A stretch of DNA of 64,000 nt from Sphingobacteriales bacterium (GCA_947460245.1 CANHGL010000001.1:200437-264436), one strand, 5' to 3'. Numbered from the stretch's first letter, positions 9,928 through 20,168 are shown. Numbers and translations: made by a program. The notes: generated by a model from the letters alone, not told the origin.

Positions 9928-11310
9928 ATGGCAACTCAAACTACCTCTAAAATAAAGTCCATAATAGATAGACAAAGGGCCTTTTTTGAAAGTAATGCAA
10001 CCAGACCAATAGACTTCCGTATTGCCCAACTCAAAAAATTACGCAAAGCTATACAAGAACACGAGGAAGACATATACACGGCACTCAACAATGATTTTAG
10101 AAAATCAAAATTTGAAACTTTTGCTACAGAGATAGGTATTGTATATGAAGAGATCAGCATCATGCTGAAGCATATCAAAAAATGGACTACTCCTGATTTA
10201 GTAAAGGATACCATTACTAATTTCCCATCCCGCAACTATATCTATTCTGATCCATATGGTGTTGCGCTAATCATTGGAGCATGGAATTACCCATTCCAAC
10301 TTACACTAGCTCCCATTGTTGGAGCAATAGCAGGAGGCAATACCTGTATTATTAAACCTCCTCGTGCCGCCATCCATACATACCACGTTATCGAAAAGAT
10401 CATATCTGAAAATTTTGAAGCCGAATATATTACCGTACTTGATGAGCAATCCGACAATAAAGAGATGCTCGAATACCGTTATGATTATATCTTCTTTACA
10501 GGCGGAGTGGAGATTGGCAAGACAATAGCCAGAGCCGCTGCAGAATACCTCACGCCAACAACATTAGAGCTTGGAGGTAAGAGCCCATGTATAGTAGATA
10601 AAAGTGTAGCTATAGAAATTGCGGCAAAACGTATTGCCTGGGGAAAATTCCTGAATGGCGGACAGACCTGTGTTGCTCCCGATTATCTTCTGTTACACGA
10701 AGAAATAAAAGATAAATTCTATGTTGCATTTAAAAAAGCATTACAATCGTTCTATGGCAATGAACCTCAGGATAGTGCCGATTACCCTAGAATAATAAAC
10801 GACAGGCATTTTAATCGTCTGGCGGCTATGATTAAAGACGGAACTATAATAGTTGGCGGACAAACAGATTCAGACACCAGGTACATTGCCCCTACTATGA
10901 TAGAAATAGACTCACTAGAACATCCATTGATGAACGATGAAATTTTTGGTCCGATACTACCAGTTCTGATCATTCCATCTATTGATGAGGGTATTCAGAT
11001 TATTAAGCAATTTGAAAAACCACTGGCATTGTATATCTTTTCTGATGATTACGCTGTTCAACAAAGATGCCTGAATACACTACAATTTGGGGGAGGATGT
11101 ATTAATGACACCATTTCTCATTTTGTGAATCCCGATCTTCCTTTTGGAGGAGTCGGCAATAGTGGTAATGGCGCTTACCACGGCAAATATAGCTTTGACA
11201 CTTTTACCCATAAGAAAGCTATATGCCACAAGGTAACCTGGCCGGATATTCCTATGCGCTATCCACCCTATCACGGAAAATTAGGATTAGTGAAACAGGT
11301 AATGAAATAA
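9928..11310 (+). CDS. aldehyde dehydrogenase, class-3-like
   Basis: ELGGKSP, catalytic-Cys box GGQTCVAPDY, and EIFGP. ATG 9928 lies 1 nt after the SDR stop; the track start at 9871 is an upstream extension. Confidence 0.85.
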   Translation: MATQTTSKIKSIIDRQRAFFESNATRPIDFRIAQLKKLRKAIQEHEEDIYTALNNDFRKSKFETFATEIGIVYEEISIMLKHIKKWTTPDLVKDTITNFPSRNYIYSDPYGVALIIGAWNYPFQLTLAPIVGAIAGGNTCIIKPPRAAIHTYHVIEKIISENFEAEYITVLDEQSDNKEMLEYRYDYIFFTGGVEIGKTIARAAAEYLTPTTLELGGKSPCIVDKSVAIEIAAKRIAWGKFLNGGQTCVAPDYLLLHEEIKDKFYVAFKKALQSFYGNEPQDSADYPRIINDRHFNRLAAMIKDGTIIVGGQTDSDTRYIAPTMIEIDSLEHPLMNDEIFGPILPVLIIPSIDEGIQIIKQFEKPLALYIFSDDYAVQQRCLNTLQFGGGCINDTISHFVNPDLPFGGVGNSGNGAYHGKYSFDTFTHKKAICHKVTWPDIPMRYPPYHGKLGLVKQVMK

Positions 11311-11312
11311 GA

Positions 11313-12839
11313 TTAATTATTGTAATCAACATACCCAAAGGAATAGGGTGCCAAACGAACGACAGCATCTTCTAAAAACTCTTCTCGCAAAACAACAGCC
11401 TTAAGTTTATCAGGATAATCCTTTTCATAATTAGTTTTTCCTGCAGTTGCGTAAGGATATTTGGCATCAACTGCATAAATATGTATAGGCGACTTTCTAA
11501 CTACATCTACCTTAAACTGAATTTCTTTACCTGACCTATTAATAAAGTATAGGTAAGTTTTATGCAACTTTTTATTATGGTATGCCTTGCATATAAAATT
11601 AGCCTTTACCGAAGCATCTTCACAATAAACTACCTCTTGTGTTTTATACATACCTGAATCCAATGTAGAAGACAGAAACTTAAAAGCAAAATATTGAACA
11701 GATGCATGATTGCCTCCTTTGCTGTAAACAGGCGCAAGCTTTCCTTGTTGCCTGGATATCAGGCCCTCCATGGAATGCAGACAGGTTAATTCAAAAATAT
11801 CTTTCGACTGACTATTCAGATCCAAAAGAGAAAGGAAATTTTCTGCAACATATGCACCCTGCATAAAGGTGTTATCGAGATAGTTTAGATTACCTATATT
11901 CCACTCTGTTAGCCATATCTTTCTATCCTTACCATATACAGAAGTAAAATTATCACTAAGTCTGGAAAGATTATTAGTTTGGAAGGGCGCTAAGCTTAAG
12001 AGATTTCTTAAATATACCTTATCAAAATAAGTATCCTTATCGCAAGCTGCACAATCTTGATAAGGATGCCATGTATATGCCTGATAGAAATTTTCTTTTG
12101 CTAATGTCTGATTCCATGAATACATAAATCTGCTTCTGGTGCTTTTTTCTTCAGTAGCAACACCATCTCCTGCAACAACTGCCACTCTTAGTTCCGGAAA
12201 ACGTTTATGAATAGCGTGAGCTGTAGATCTTACTTTGTCTATATAAGTTTTAGCATCGGGGAATTTACTTCTATATTCCATCAAGCTGAATTCATTACCC
12301 AGCTCTATACCCAGCACCGGAATATTATTCTTTTGAAGTGTTTCTATTACAAAAAGAACTTCTGAAGTAGTGCCTGTAAGTAAATTCGCACAATACACTG
12401 CCTTTGCTCCAACCAGCTTGCAGAGGCGCATGTAGTTATATAAAATATTCTCTTGTCGCTTATTTTGCTCCATGTAAAGGGTACCCAATCCCGCAGGAAT
12501 TTCACTTACCCTATAGCCATAGACAGGTAATTCCGGATGGTAATAATTTGCCACTGTGCCTCCAGGGAAACGAAGAGATGCCGGATGTAGCTCTCTCAGC
12601 AGCTGAACAAATCCGGAGTCTTTATCTAACTCGCGTTTTAATGCAAATCCAATATTAATTCCAAATATATTTCTATTTACTGAAGAAGAAAAAGTGTCTT
12701 TTAGCGCAATAGAAACAGGAATAGAAATGGGTGCCGTATCGATAACATCCTCTTCATTCTTTCTATTATTACAAAGACAATCCCTTAAGACAAACAAGGC
12801 AATAATAGAAAAAATAAGCGTTTTATACCTGTAATACAT
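11313..12839 (-). CDS. secreted glycoside hydrolase, clan GH-A (TIM barrel) candidate
   Basis: Signal-like N-terminus. LRFPGGTVANYY, IELGNEFS (acid/base NE) and IWLTEWNIG (nucleophile E) occur in the spacing expected for clan GH-A enzymes. It is the last gene of the polymer operon. Confidence 0.5.
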   Translation of the reverse strand: MYYRYKTLIFSIIALFVLRDCLCNNRKNEEDVIDTAPISIPVSIALKDTFSSSVNRNIFGINIGFALKRELDKDSGFVQLLRELHPASLRFPGGTVANYYHPELPVYGYRVSEIPAGLGTLYMEQNKRQENILYNYMRLCKLVGAKAVYCANLLTGTTSEVLFVIETLQKNNIPVLGIELGNEFSLMEYRSKFPDAKTYIDKVRSTAHAIHKRFPELRVAVVAGDGVATEEKSTRSRFMYSWNQTLAKENFYQAYTWHPYQDCAACDKDTYFDKVYLRNLLSLAPFQTNNLSRLSDNFTSVYGKDRKIWLTEWNIGNLNYLDNTFMQGAYVAENFLSLLDLNSQSKDIFELTCLHSMEGLISRQQGKLAPVYSKGGNHASVQYFAFKFLSSTLDSGMYKTQEVVYCEDASVKANFICKAYHNKKLHKTYLYFINRSGKEIQFKVDVVRKSPIHIYAVDAKYPYATAGKTNYEKDYPDKLKAVVLREEFLEDAVVRLAPYSFGYVDYNN

Positions 12840-14157
12840 CCTTCTGAAGATTAGGTAAATGGTATTTCTTATAAAGACTCTCTTTTACTCTATAATATTC
12901 TACAATCAGCATGAATAACATTAAAGAGAAGGGGCTATAGAATACACTTCCGGAGAAGAGAGACTGAATAAATATAGTGCCACAACCCAAAAGCCCGGTA
13001 TTAAATAGTACGTCTTTTCTGAAATATTTTACCTTTCTAAATACATAAATTGGATATAAGAATAGAGAATAAGTAAAGGTAACCCCAACTATACCCTGCG
13101 ACAAAAGGCCTCCTACAATCCCAATATCTGATAAGATTACATTTCCTACATTAAACAACATCACAGTTCTTTTTGGGCAACCAATTCCAAAGAAAATATA
13201 CTGAGGGTGTTTTAAAAAATAATTGTAGACTACGGCCATCTCCGTCCATCGCATGTCTGCAGAGCCTTCCCCTGTTTTTTTACCCAAGAAGAACTTCAGG
13301 AACATTATATACATATCTGCAGTAAAGTATATGATCTTCGGGTTAATCCAATATGCAATCAGAATAATTGTTCCTGCAACTATTGCAATAGAAAAAAGTT
13401 TTTTGAAAATTTTATGCCATTTCAGCATAATAAACATATATAGAAACATAGGAACTACCTCTGAGACTAACTCCGTTCTACCCTTATCAATGAATACCTG
13501 ATATGCAATCAGAATCAACCAAAGGAATAAACTTACCAAATTTCCTTTGATAATATAATCCAGGAAATAATACACCATTCCAAATATTAAAAAGGCACTT
13601 GAGAAGCGATAGAGATACCCTCCCTTAGATGGGTTATAGCCCACAAGGCCTTCTCCTAGGGAATCTTTAAATGACTCCGGACTTATTGTAAGCGATATAT
13701 ATGTGTAGAGGAAAAAGCAAAACCAACAAAGAATAATATTGGCGTAGACATACTGTTTGATGGTGATTTTATGTGTCCTGATCATGTAATAGATCAAACT
13801 ACACATCACTATAAAAAATCTTCCAGATAGGTTAAATAATGCCTTAAAGATCTTTACGCCAAACACGGAATGTACAACGATTGCGTTATAGAAAGGCATA
13901 AGCAAAGCCAAAAAGATCATTATATCAAGAGGATTGAGTTCTTTTAGTTTAAAAATCTTGTAGTAATAATATAGCCCAGTAAAAATGAAGATAAAAGGCA
14001 TACCCATTACCATTAACAACCCTATAGTAGCATTCGCAGAATTAAACTGAAGCAATACATTACTGGTAAAGAGCAAACTGAATATAAAAATACCAAGTAC
14101 TTTCAGCTCAAAGTTAGGCTGATCTCTGGTATATAAAGTTTTATATAAAATATTCAC
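12823..14157 (-). CDS. polytopic membrane protein, Wzy-like polymerase / O-antigen-ligase-like candidate
   Basis: 444 aa with at least 10 hydrophobic helices. GTG start overlaps the upstream stop (GTGA). The function is inferred only from topology and the Wzx/Wza context. Confidence 0.4.
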   Translation of the reverse strand: MNILYKTLYTRDQPNFELKVLGIFIFSLLFTSNVLLQFNSANATIGLLMVMGMPFIFIFTGLYYYYKIFKLKELNPLDIMIFLALLMPFYNAIVVHSVFGVKIFKALFNLSGRFFIVMCSLIYYMIRTHKITIKQYVYANIILCWFCFFLYTYISLTISPESFKDSLGEGLVGYNPSKGGYLYRFSSAFLIFGMVYYFLDYIIKGNLVSLFLWLILIAYQVFIDKGRTELVSEVVPMFLYMFIMLKWHKIFKKLFSIAIVAGTIILIAYWINPKIIYFTADMYIMFLKFFLGKKTGEGSADMRWTEMAVVYNYFLKHPQYIFFGIGCPKRTVMLFNVGNVILSDIGIVGGLLSQGIVGVTFTYSLFLYPIYVFRKVKYFRKDVLFNTGLLGCGTIFIQSLFSGSVFYSPFSLMLFMLIVEYYRVKESLYKKYHLPNLQKDVLQV

Positions 14158-15812
14158 TGCTTCTTTTTTATCAATAAGAACGGAGTAAAATTACCTGTTT
14201 TTTGTTCAATAAAACCATATTGTTCTGGATACTTAAGCATATTAAACAATGCGGTATCCTTTTGAATATTATATAATTGACTCAATGTTGGTGTAACATA
14301 GACAATATCTATGTTATTCTTTTTTATAATATCGCTGATCAGCAAATATCTATTTCTATAATAGATTTCATTATAATTAATGAAGTTAGGAGATAATAAA
14401 TTTGTCATATACCCCTCTACATCAAAGACGCGGACACTATCCGTGGTTTTTATTTCATGTTGTATATACCGTAGCGTAGTAAGGTTACATAGACTTTTCT
14501 GTTTTCTGAATAAATCAAAAAATTTAAAATCTTTTGCAGCAGGTGAAATGAAAAGCCATATAGATACTATGAATATCATATTTTGAATAGGGTTTTGAAT
14601 CTCCTCGGAACAGGAAGAAATCAGAAGTGCTATTAACCATAATAGCAAGGGCACTTGTAGGACAAGATAGTGCTGTCTTGGGTAAGCATATAGACAAGCT
14701 ACTACAGAAGGAATCGCCAAAATCAGTAACATAAATAAGGTAAAAATATTCTCTCTAAAGATATACTTTAGGCGTATATATTTATTGGCAGACATCCGTG
14801 CAGAAAGGAAATAAATTATCCATAAAAGTATACAACCTATCCAAACCATACTACTATCATACTTAGGAAATATACAGGTAAAGAAACTAAAAATGATTTT
14901 TCCTAATTCAATAAAATAGTTAGAAAAATTATGTAGAATATGCTGGAAAAATTCAGCAGGGTTGGTCATTAGGATTTCCTGCAAAGTAGTGGCATCCTTA
15001 AACTGCTGCTGTATAAGATTTGGAAAATCAAGCCAAAAAATATTATCAAGATGATGCCGTTCATTATATCCCCATGCATAATGTTGTAAAAAAACTCTTA
15101 ATCCTCTGCCGCTATCTCCATTATTAAATGGTGTTTTTAGAAAAATATAGATAAATAAACACCCCAGGAGCAGCACTCCAAAAATTATCCATTCTTCCAT
15201 AGAATGCTCTTTTCTAAAATAAAATGCGATTATCAGAACTAATACGAAAGAAATCAAGAAAGCAATAAAAAGCTCAGGCCTAGCATAAGCGCAGATTAAA
15301 AAAGAAAAAGAAATCCATATCAGCTTGGGGAGTAAAGTCTTCTTGTATTTGGCAACAATGATTCCTGTTAACAAAACTATTACACAGAAATGAGAAACTC
15401 TTGGCCATACCGGTAGATTGATATAGGAGGACAGGAAGAATAGAGACAGGATGAAAGACAATAACCTATTCACACCAGAAGATAACAATGCCACAAAAAA
15501 TCCAATAGAAATAAATATTGTTGTCAGTTTAAAATTGAAATAATATAGTGTAACCTTATCGCTGATAAAAACAGAAAGAAATTTATACCAGAGTGAATAA
15601 GAAGGACCCCATGTCTTAGGAATATGATCAAACAACGCCACACCCCTTTGTAGATAGAGCGCTTCATCCCAAAATAACACATCCATGTGCTGCTCAAGAT
15701 TCCATGTAATGCTGATCCCACAGATTACCAGCAAGAAGACACCGAGAAAGGCGAATCTGTCCCAAACTAGATAATTTTTTTCTGTATATCTATTTATACT
15801 CTGCCAATGCAT
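14154..15812 (-). CDS. polytopic membrane protein, GT-C fold (ArnT/PMT-like) glycosyltransferase candidate
   Basis: 552 aa with many TM helices. It has an acidic first-loop motif VLFWDEALYLQRG resembling the DE/DxD loop-1 motif of GT-C enzymes, plus a soluble C-terminal domain. It overlaps the upstream gene by 23 nt. Confidence 0.4.
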   Translation of the reverse strand: MHWQSINRYTEKNYLVWDRFAFLGVFLLVICGISITWNLEQHMDVLFWDEALYLQRGVALFDHIPKTWGPSYSLWYKFLSVFISDKVTLYYFNFKLTTIFISIGFFVALLSSGVNRLLSFILSLFFLSSYINLPVWPRVSHFCVIVLLTGIIVAKYKKTLLPKLIWISFSFLICAYARPELFIAFLISFVLVLIIAFYFRKEHSMEEWIIFGVLLLGCLFIYIFLKTPFNNGDSGRGLRVFLQHYAWGYNERHHLDNIFWLDFPNLIQQQFKDATTLQEILMTNPAEFFQHILHNFSNYFIELGKIIFSFFTCIFPKYDSSMVWIGCILLWIIYFLSARMSANKYIRLKYIFRENIFTLFMLLILAIPSVVACLYAYPRQHYLVLQVPLLLWLIALLISSCSEEIQNPIQNMIFIVSIWLFISPAAKDFKFFDLFRKQKSLCNLTTLRYIQHEIKTTDSVRVFDVEGYMTNLLSPNFINYNEIYYRNRYLLISDIIKKNNIDIVYVTPTLSQLYNIQKDTALFNMLKYPEQYGFIEQKTGNFTPFLLIKKKQ

Positions 15813-16788
15813 GCCTTAAGTCCTCTTGCACAAATATACTTCTTATTTTTCTGCCTTCCGCGTTAAGGTGATAGTAGGTGTCATAAAATAATGAGTCGGC
15901 AAATACATAACGAGAAGGACTGCCGTACACAGGCAATTTATATGCATTCATAAGCGCATATAGCTGAGCAATCGCTTCACTGTTATTATTAAAGGAAGTG
16001 GATTGATAAGCCGGAAATAGAATACAAAACCGAACTCCTTTCTTTTTAAATAGTTCACTTTTATGCGCTAAGAATGTGAGTACTGAAGTATTCACGGGAG
16101 CTCCTATTTTGGGCATAGCTATAAATGGAACTGGTTGTTTTTCGAGGTGCAATACGGCATCTCCATAAGCATTAAAATTATGACGCACATAAACACCATA
16201 ATCTTTTTCATAACGGTGCCTATAATTACCAGGCAGATACTGAATATACTTGTCGTGCAAATATCTCGGGAGATACATCATCACATGACGCCATTGATCT
16301 TTCTCTATCATGTTATATCCATTAGGGTATACATCAATCAGCGTATGCAATAACTCTGCTTGTCCATCTGCCATTTCATTGTTGAAGTCCCAGAAATTCT
16401 CATACTCTGGCATCAACACCACAATATCGTCTCTTCTGGCAAGCCTGAGCGCATTGTTCACTTCAAACTTCAATCCCAAACCACCATGTACCGCAGTATT
16501 AATACAAGATATCCCCAGAGAATCATAAATAAGTTTGCTATCTATTCCAAAATTAACATTAGATCCACCTACCCAAAAAATAAGTGGTTTGCCGGGATTT
16601 ATTTGTTTAGTACGCTCTGCCAGTATTATTTTATCACCAAAAGAAAAGAGAATATTTTTAGTAGATGTTGGCGGCAGCAGAAGGCCTAAAAAGATAATAC
16701 CCAAAAAGAATATACCATATAATAATATCTTTAGGACAAACCTTCTTATCCCTGAACTCATTGCTATTTTATCTTTAGTTCCCTGCAT
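15790..16788 (-). CDS. MBOAT partner protein, DltD/AlgJ/SGNH-like (pair 1)
   Basis: One N-terminal TM helix, then WVGGSNVNFGID (Ser block) and a C-terminal DTYYHLNAEG (His block). It starts 2 nt after the MBOAT gene. Confidence 0.5.
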   Translation of the reverse strand: MQGTKDKIAMSSGIRRFVLKILLYGIFFLGIIFLGLLLPPTSTKNILFSFGDKIILAERTKQINPGKPLIFWVGGSNVNFGIDSKLIYDSLGISCINTAVHGGLGLKFEVNNALRLARRDDIVVLMPEYENFWDFNNEMADGQAELLHTLIDVYPNGYNMIEKDQWRHVMMYLPRYLHDKYIQYLPGNYRHRYEKDYGVYVRHNFNAYGDAVLHLEKQPVPFIAMPKIGAPVNTSVLTFLAHKSELFKKKGVRFCILFPAYQSTSFNNNSEAIAQLYALMNAYKLPVYGSPSRYVFADSLFYDTYYHLNAEGRKIRSIFVQEDLRHALAEYK

Positions 16789-16790
16789 AT

Positions 16791-18224
16791 TTAAAATTGG
16801 AAATAGATAAACTGTCGACTATCAAAAACACCAAATAATATAATACAAGCCGTCATCACGATGTAAATGCTCCAACGTATGATTGCAGGTTGCTTGTGGA
16901 ACCAATTCCATAGATCCGGTTTTAGTTCTACATAGAATAAAAACCATAAAGAGCCGATCAATACTATTAAATCTAATCCTGTAAACTTCCAGAATTTCAG
17001 ATAAGCAAAACCTTTCATTAAATAAGCTAATGGAGCCGTTATCCCATCCAAAGAATGCCCAAGTATAAACAAGGCCTGCCCCACATCTTTAGCTCTGAAA
17101 AACGTCCAGGCTGCAGCAACCAAAATAAATGTAATAAGCCACTGAAAAAAACTCGGCATCCTGAAATTTTTGAAGAGACCTTTACACCACCATGCTATCA
17201 ATACAAAACTGCCATGTAATGCACCCCAGACAATAAACGTCCAGTTTGCTCCATGCCATAGGCCACTGACTAAAAAAACGATAAAGACATTTATATATCT
17301 TCTGGTTGCCGAAATACGATTCCCTCCTAAAGGGATATATAAATAGTCTCTAAACCACGAGGATAAAGATATATGCCAACGCTTCCAGAATTCATCAATA
17401 CTCTTACTGGTATAGGGCGCATTGAAGTTTTCCATAAGATTAATCCCCATCGTTCTTGCCGACCCTCGGGCAATATCTGAATAACCGGAGAAGTCGCCAT
17501 ATATCTGTATCGTAAAACACAGAATCGATATAATCATTGGGAATCCCATAAATAAATCAGGCTTGAAGAATACAGGATCTGCTAGTAATGCTATTTTATC
17601 CGCGATAACACATTTCTTAAAAAACCCCCATAACATCAATCTCATTCCGCTTACCACATTAGCGTAATCAAACCTTTGCGCTGTGTGCAATTGATGAATA
17701 ATATTCTGTGGACGCTCTATAGGTCCTGCCACTAATTGAGGATAAAATAGCACATAGAGTGCATAGTATCCTAAATGACGTTCTGCCTTTTGATTACCTC
17801 TGTATACCTCTATAGTATAACTCATTGCCTGAAACGTATGAAAGGAAAGACCAATAGGCAAAATAATATGGAGTAATGGGATGGGCGTAGTAGAAATGTG
17901 AAGGCTTTGTAGTAATAGATTCACATTATCTATAAAAAAATTATAATACTTAAATACCGCCAACACACCGATATTAGCCATCAAGCTTAAAATAAGATAG
18001 AATTTTTTGCGTGCGGCTTCTTTTGTTGTTTCTAACAATATACCAGCAGCATAATCTATAACAATAGTAAATAGCAGTATAAAAATGTATACCGGGATAA
18101 AGAACATGTAAAAACAAATACTTGCCAGCAACAGATGGACCCACCTGTACTTATGCGGCAACAGATAATATAGTATAGATACTATCGGAAAAAAGAAAAG
18201 AAATTCTATAGAATTGAATAACAT
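16791..18224 (-). CDS. MBOAT family O-acyltransferase (AlgI/DltB-like), copy 1
   Basis: MLFNSIEF N-terminus, WKRWHISLSSWFRDYLYIPLGGNR, and the conserved-His box SGLWHGANW. Confidence 0.85.
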   Translation of the reverse strand: MLFNSIEFLFFFPIVSILYYLLPHKYRWVHLLLASICFYMFFIPVYIFILLFTIVIDYAAGILLETTKEAARKKFYLILSLMANIGVLAVFKYYNFFIDNVNLLLQSLHISTTPIPLLHIILPIGLSFHTFQAMSYTIEVYRGNQKAERHLGYYALYVLFYPQLVAGPIERPQNIIHQLHTAQRFDYANVVSGMRLMLWGFFKKCVIADKIALLADPVFFKPDLFMGFPMIISILCFTIQIYGDFSGYSDIARGSARTMGINLMENFNAPYTSKSIDEFWKRWHISLSSWFRDYLYIPLGGNRISATRRYINVFIVFLVSGLWHGANWTFIVWGALHGSFVLIAWWCKGLFKNFRMPSFFQWLITFILVAAAWTFFRAKDVGQALFILGHSLDGITAPLAYLMKGFAYLKFWKFTGLDLIVLIGSLWFLFYVELKPDLWNWFHKQPAIIRWSIYIVMTACIILFGVFDSRQFIYFQF

Positions 18225-18251
18225 ACAGAGAGATGCAATACAGCAAATATG

Positions 18252-20168
18252 CTAATATTTTAGCAGTTTTCTCGCTGTTGTGCCATCGGTGGTTTTAAAT
18301 ATTACAAGATATTCTGCCGAAGGTAAATTCTTTATATAAAGTATATCTTCGTTCAAACCCTTTTGACGAAGGCCAAAGTCTTCCTTTTGCATCAGCCTGC
18401 CTTGCGTATCATAGACTTCTATGAACAACTGATCTGTAGCCTTCATAAAATACTGAAATCTTACATAGCTATTGGAAGGGTTAGGATACATACTCATCAA
18501 CTCCACAGCTTTCTGTAAGGTTCTTACTCCAACCGGAAGACCACTATTTCTGGGATTGTAAGGTGCAAGTGAAGGAAATGATCTTGGCGTAAATGCCGGA
18601 CCCTGATAAGCTTTTAAGTGATTCTCTCCCTGGACGGTACACCATGTTGACAAGAAGTTCTGATGTGTATTAGCTGTTGAAACTGAATCTGTCTCCCAAT
18701 AATCGCAACAAACACTATTAGGGGTAATATCAATAACACAATACCCCTGTGATTTCAACTTAATGTATCTCAGATTTAAATTATTACTATACATGTATGC
18801 TTCTGCATTAGGCAATACATCTCCCTCCACCACATTATCAGCTACAAATTCCACGGCAGCACTTCCAGCACCGGTAGTAGGATCATAGGGAACTACACCA
18901 CCTGGAATATCAAAAGCCATAGCCACGTGAATATCTCCACTTAAGACCACTACATTTTTGATATTGTATTGATTAATGGTATCGATAATTTTCTTACGGT
19001 CCAGTGGATTAGCGTCCCAGCCTTGCACCTGATGAAATGGAAAACCTCCAATCCCTTTGTAAAAATAGCTCGAGAATACCACCTGATTGGCTAATATCTT
19101 CCATTTGGCATTTGAAGTCTTTATCTGATTCGCCATCCATTCCATCTGTCGCTTACCATGCATGGTTCTATCGGGAGTATCATAAAGTAAAGGATCCTGC
19201 CCGATAAGCATCATATTGATAAACTGACTATCTGTATTAAAAACACTACGCTGGATTCGGTCTTCTGTATAAATAATATCCGCAAGGTTCCCCACGCTCT
19301 GTGTAAAGTTGATAATATTAGTCCTCGATGTATCCTCCCGCATCGGAATCCATTCCTTAAACACCTTGATTGCATTGGCTTTGCGGGCTGCCCACGTACC
19401 CTGTGAGGCGGGCCGATGATTCTCCGATGTATCTGCAAAGGCATCATTGGCAAATTCGTGATCATCCCAGATAACTACCATAGGATACTGCTGATGCAAA
19501 TTCCGTAACGAAGGATCAAGCCTATACCACGCATAGCGCTGCCTGTAGCTGGTTAAGTCGTAAGCATCATACTCAGGGAATGTTCTTCGGTTTATGGTGT
19601 CTACACCTCCGCCCTTGTGACCATACTCATAGATATAATCTCCATAGTGGATAATAAGATCAACATCGTTTCTGTTTTTTAAAATACTATAGGCGTTGAA
19701 ATACCCAAATTCATAATTGGAACATCCCACAAAACCAATACGAAGACTGCTGACATTTCCTGCGGGAAGCGTTTTTGTTCTTCCGCGCTGTGAAAGTCTG
19801 CCCATAGCTTCAAACTCATAATAATAATTTATTCCAGGCTGCAATCCTGTTACATCTACTTTTACTGTATAGTCCCTGGATGCATCTGTAGTCAGCAAAC
19901 CGTTGGCCAAGATATTCTGCATAGCAGTATCTGTGGCTACGCGCCATTTCACCTCTACACTAGATGAATCCGTGGTTACACGTGTCCATATAATCACGCG
20001 ATCATTCAGCGGATCTCCGGAGGCTACACCATGGTAAAAGGGCTGAATAGTGGAATCTAAATCCGAACGATCGTTAGGATATGAAGTACTGGCATATACC
20101 TGACCCGTTGAAAGCCACAAAGTAAAAAATAAATAAAACAACCGACTTAATGACCTCATCCAAAGCAT
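18252..20168 (-). CDS. PhoD-family phosphodiesterase / alkaline phosphatase D with T9SS C-terminal sorting domain
   Basis: PhoD metallophosphatase core (HYGDYIYE, VVIWDDHEFANDA, LSGDIHVA). The C-terminal ~80 aa (MYPNPSNSYVRFQYF...LVIFKT) form a T9SS type-A CTD. The track start is TTG 20213; ATG 20168 gives the signal peptide MLWMRSLSRLFYLFF. Confidence 0.8.
   Translation of the reverse strand: MLWMRSLSRLFYLFFTLWLSTGQVYASTSYPNDRSDLDSTIQPFYHGVASGDPLNDRVIIWTRVTTDSSSVEVKWRVATDTAMQNILANGLLTTDASRDYTVKVDVTGLQPGINYYYEFEAMGRLSQRGRTKTLPAGNVSSLRIGFVGCSNYEFGYFNAYSILKNRNDVDLIIHYGDYIYEYGHKGGGVDTINRRTFPEYDAYDLTSYRQRYAWYRLDPSLRNLHQQYPMVVIWDDHEFANDAFADTSENHRPASQGTWAARKANAIKVFKEWIPMREDTSRTNIINFTQSVGNLADIIYTEDRIQRSVFNTDSQFINMMLIGQDPLLYDTPDRTMHGKRQMEWMANQIKTSNAKWKILANQVVFSSYFYKGIGGFPFHQVQGWDANPLDRKKIIDTINQYNIKNVVVLSGDIHVAMAFDIPGGVVPYDPTTGAGSAAVEFVADNVVEGDVLPNAEAYMYSNNLNLRYIKLKSQGYCVIDITPNSVCCDYWETDSVSTANTHQNFLSTWCTVQGENHLKAYQGPAFTPRSFPSLAPYNPRNSGLPVGVRTLQKAVELMSMYPNPSNSYVRFQYFMKATDQLFIEVYDTQGRLMQKEDFGLRQKGLNEDILYIKNLPSAEYLVIFKTTDGTTARKLLKY

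Noticed and set aside
9072-11310. The SDR and aldehyde dehydrogenase could be release or tailoring enzymes for the PKS or polymer locus.
   Set aside because: They are on the opposite strand and converge on the end of the polymer operon (2-nt spacing between stops). They are 16 kb from the PKS and look like a generic fatty-aldehyde detoxification pair. No evidence of linkage.
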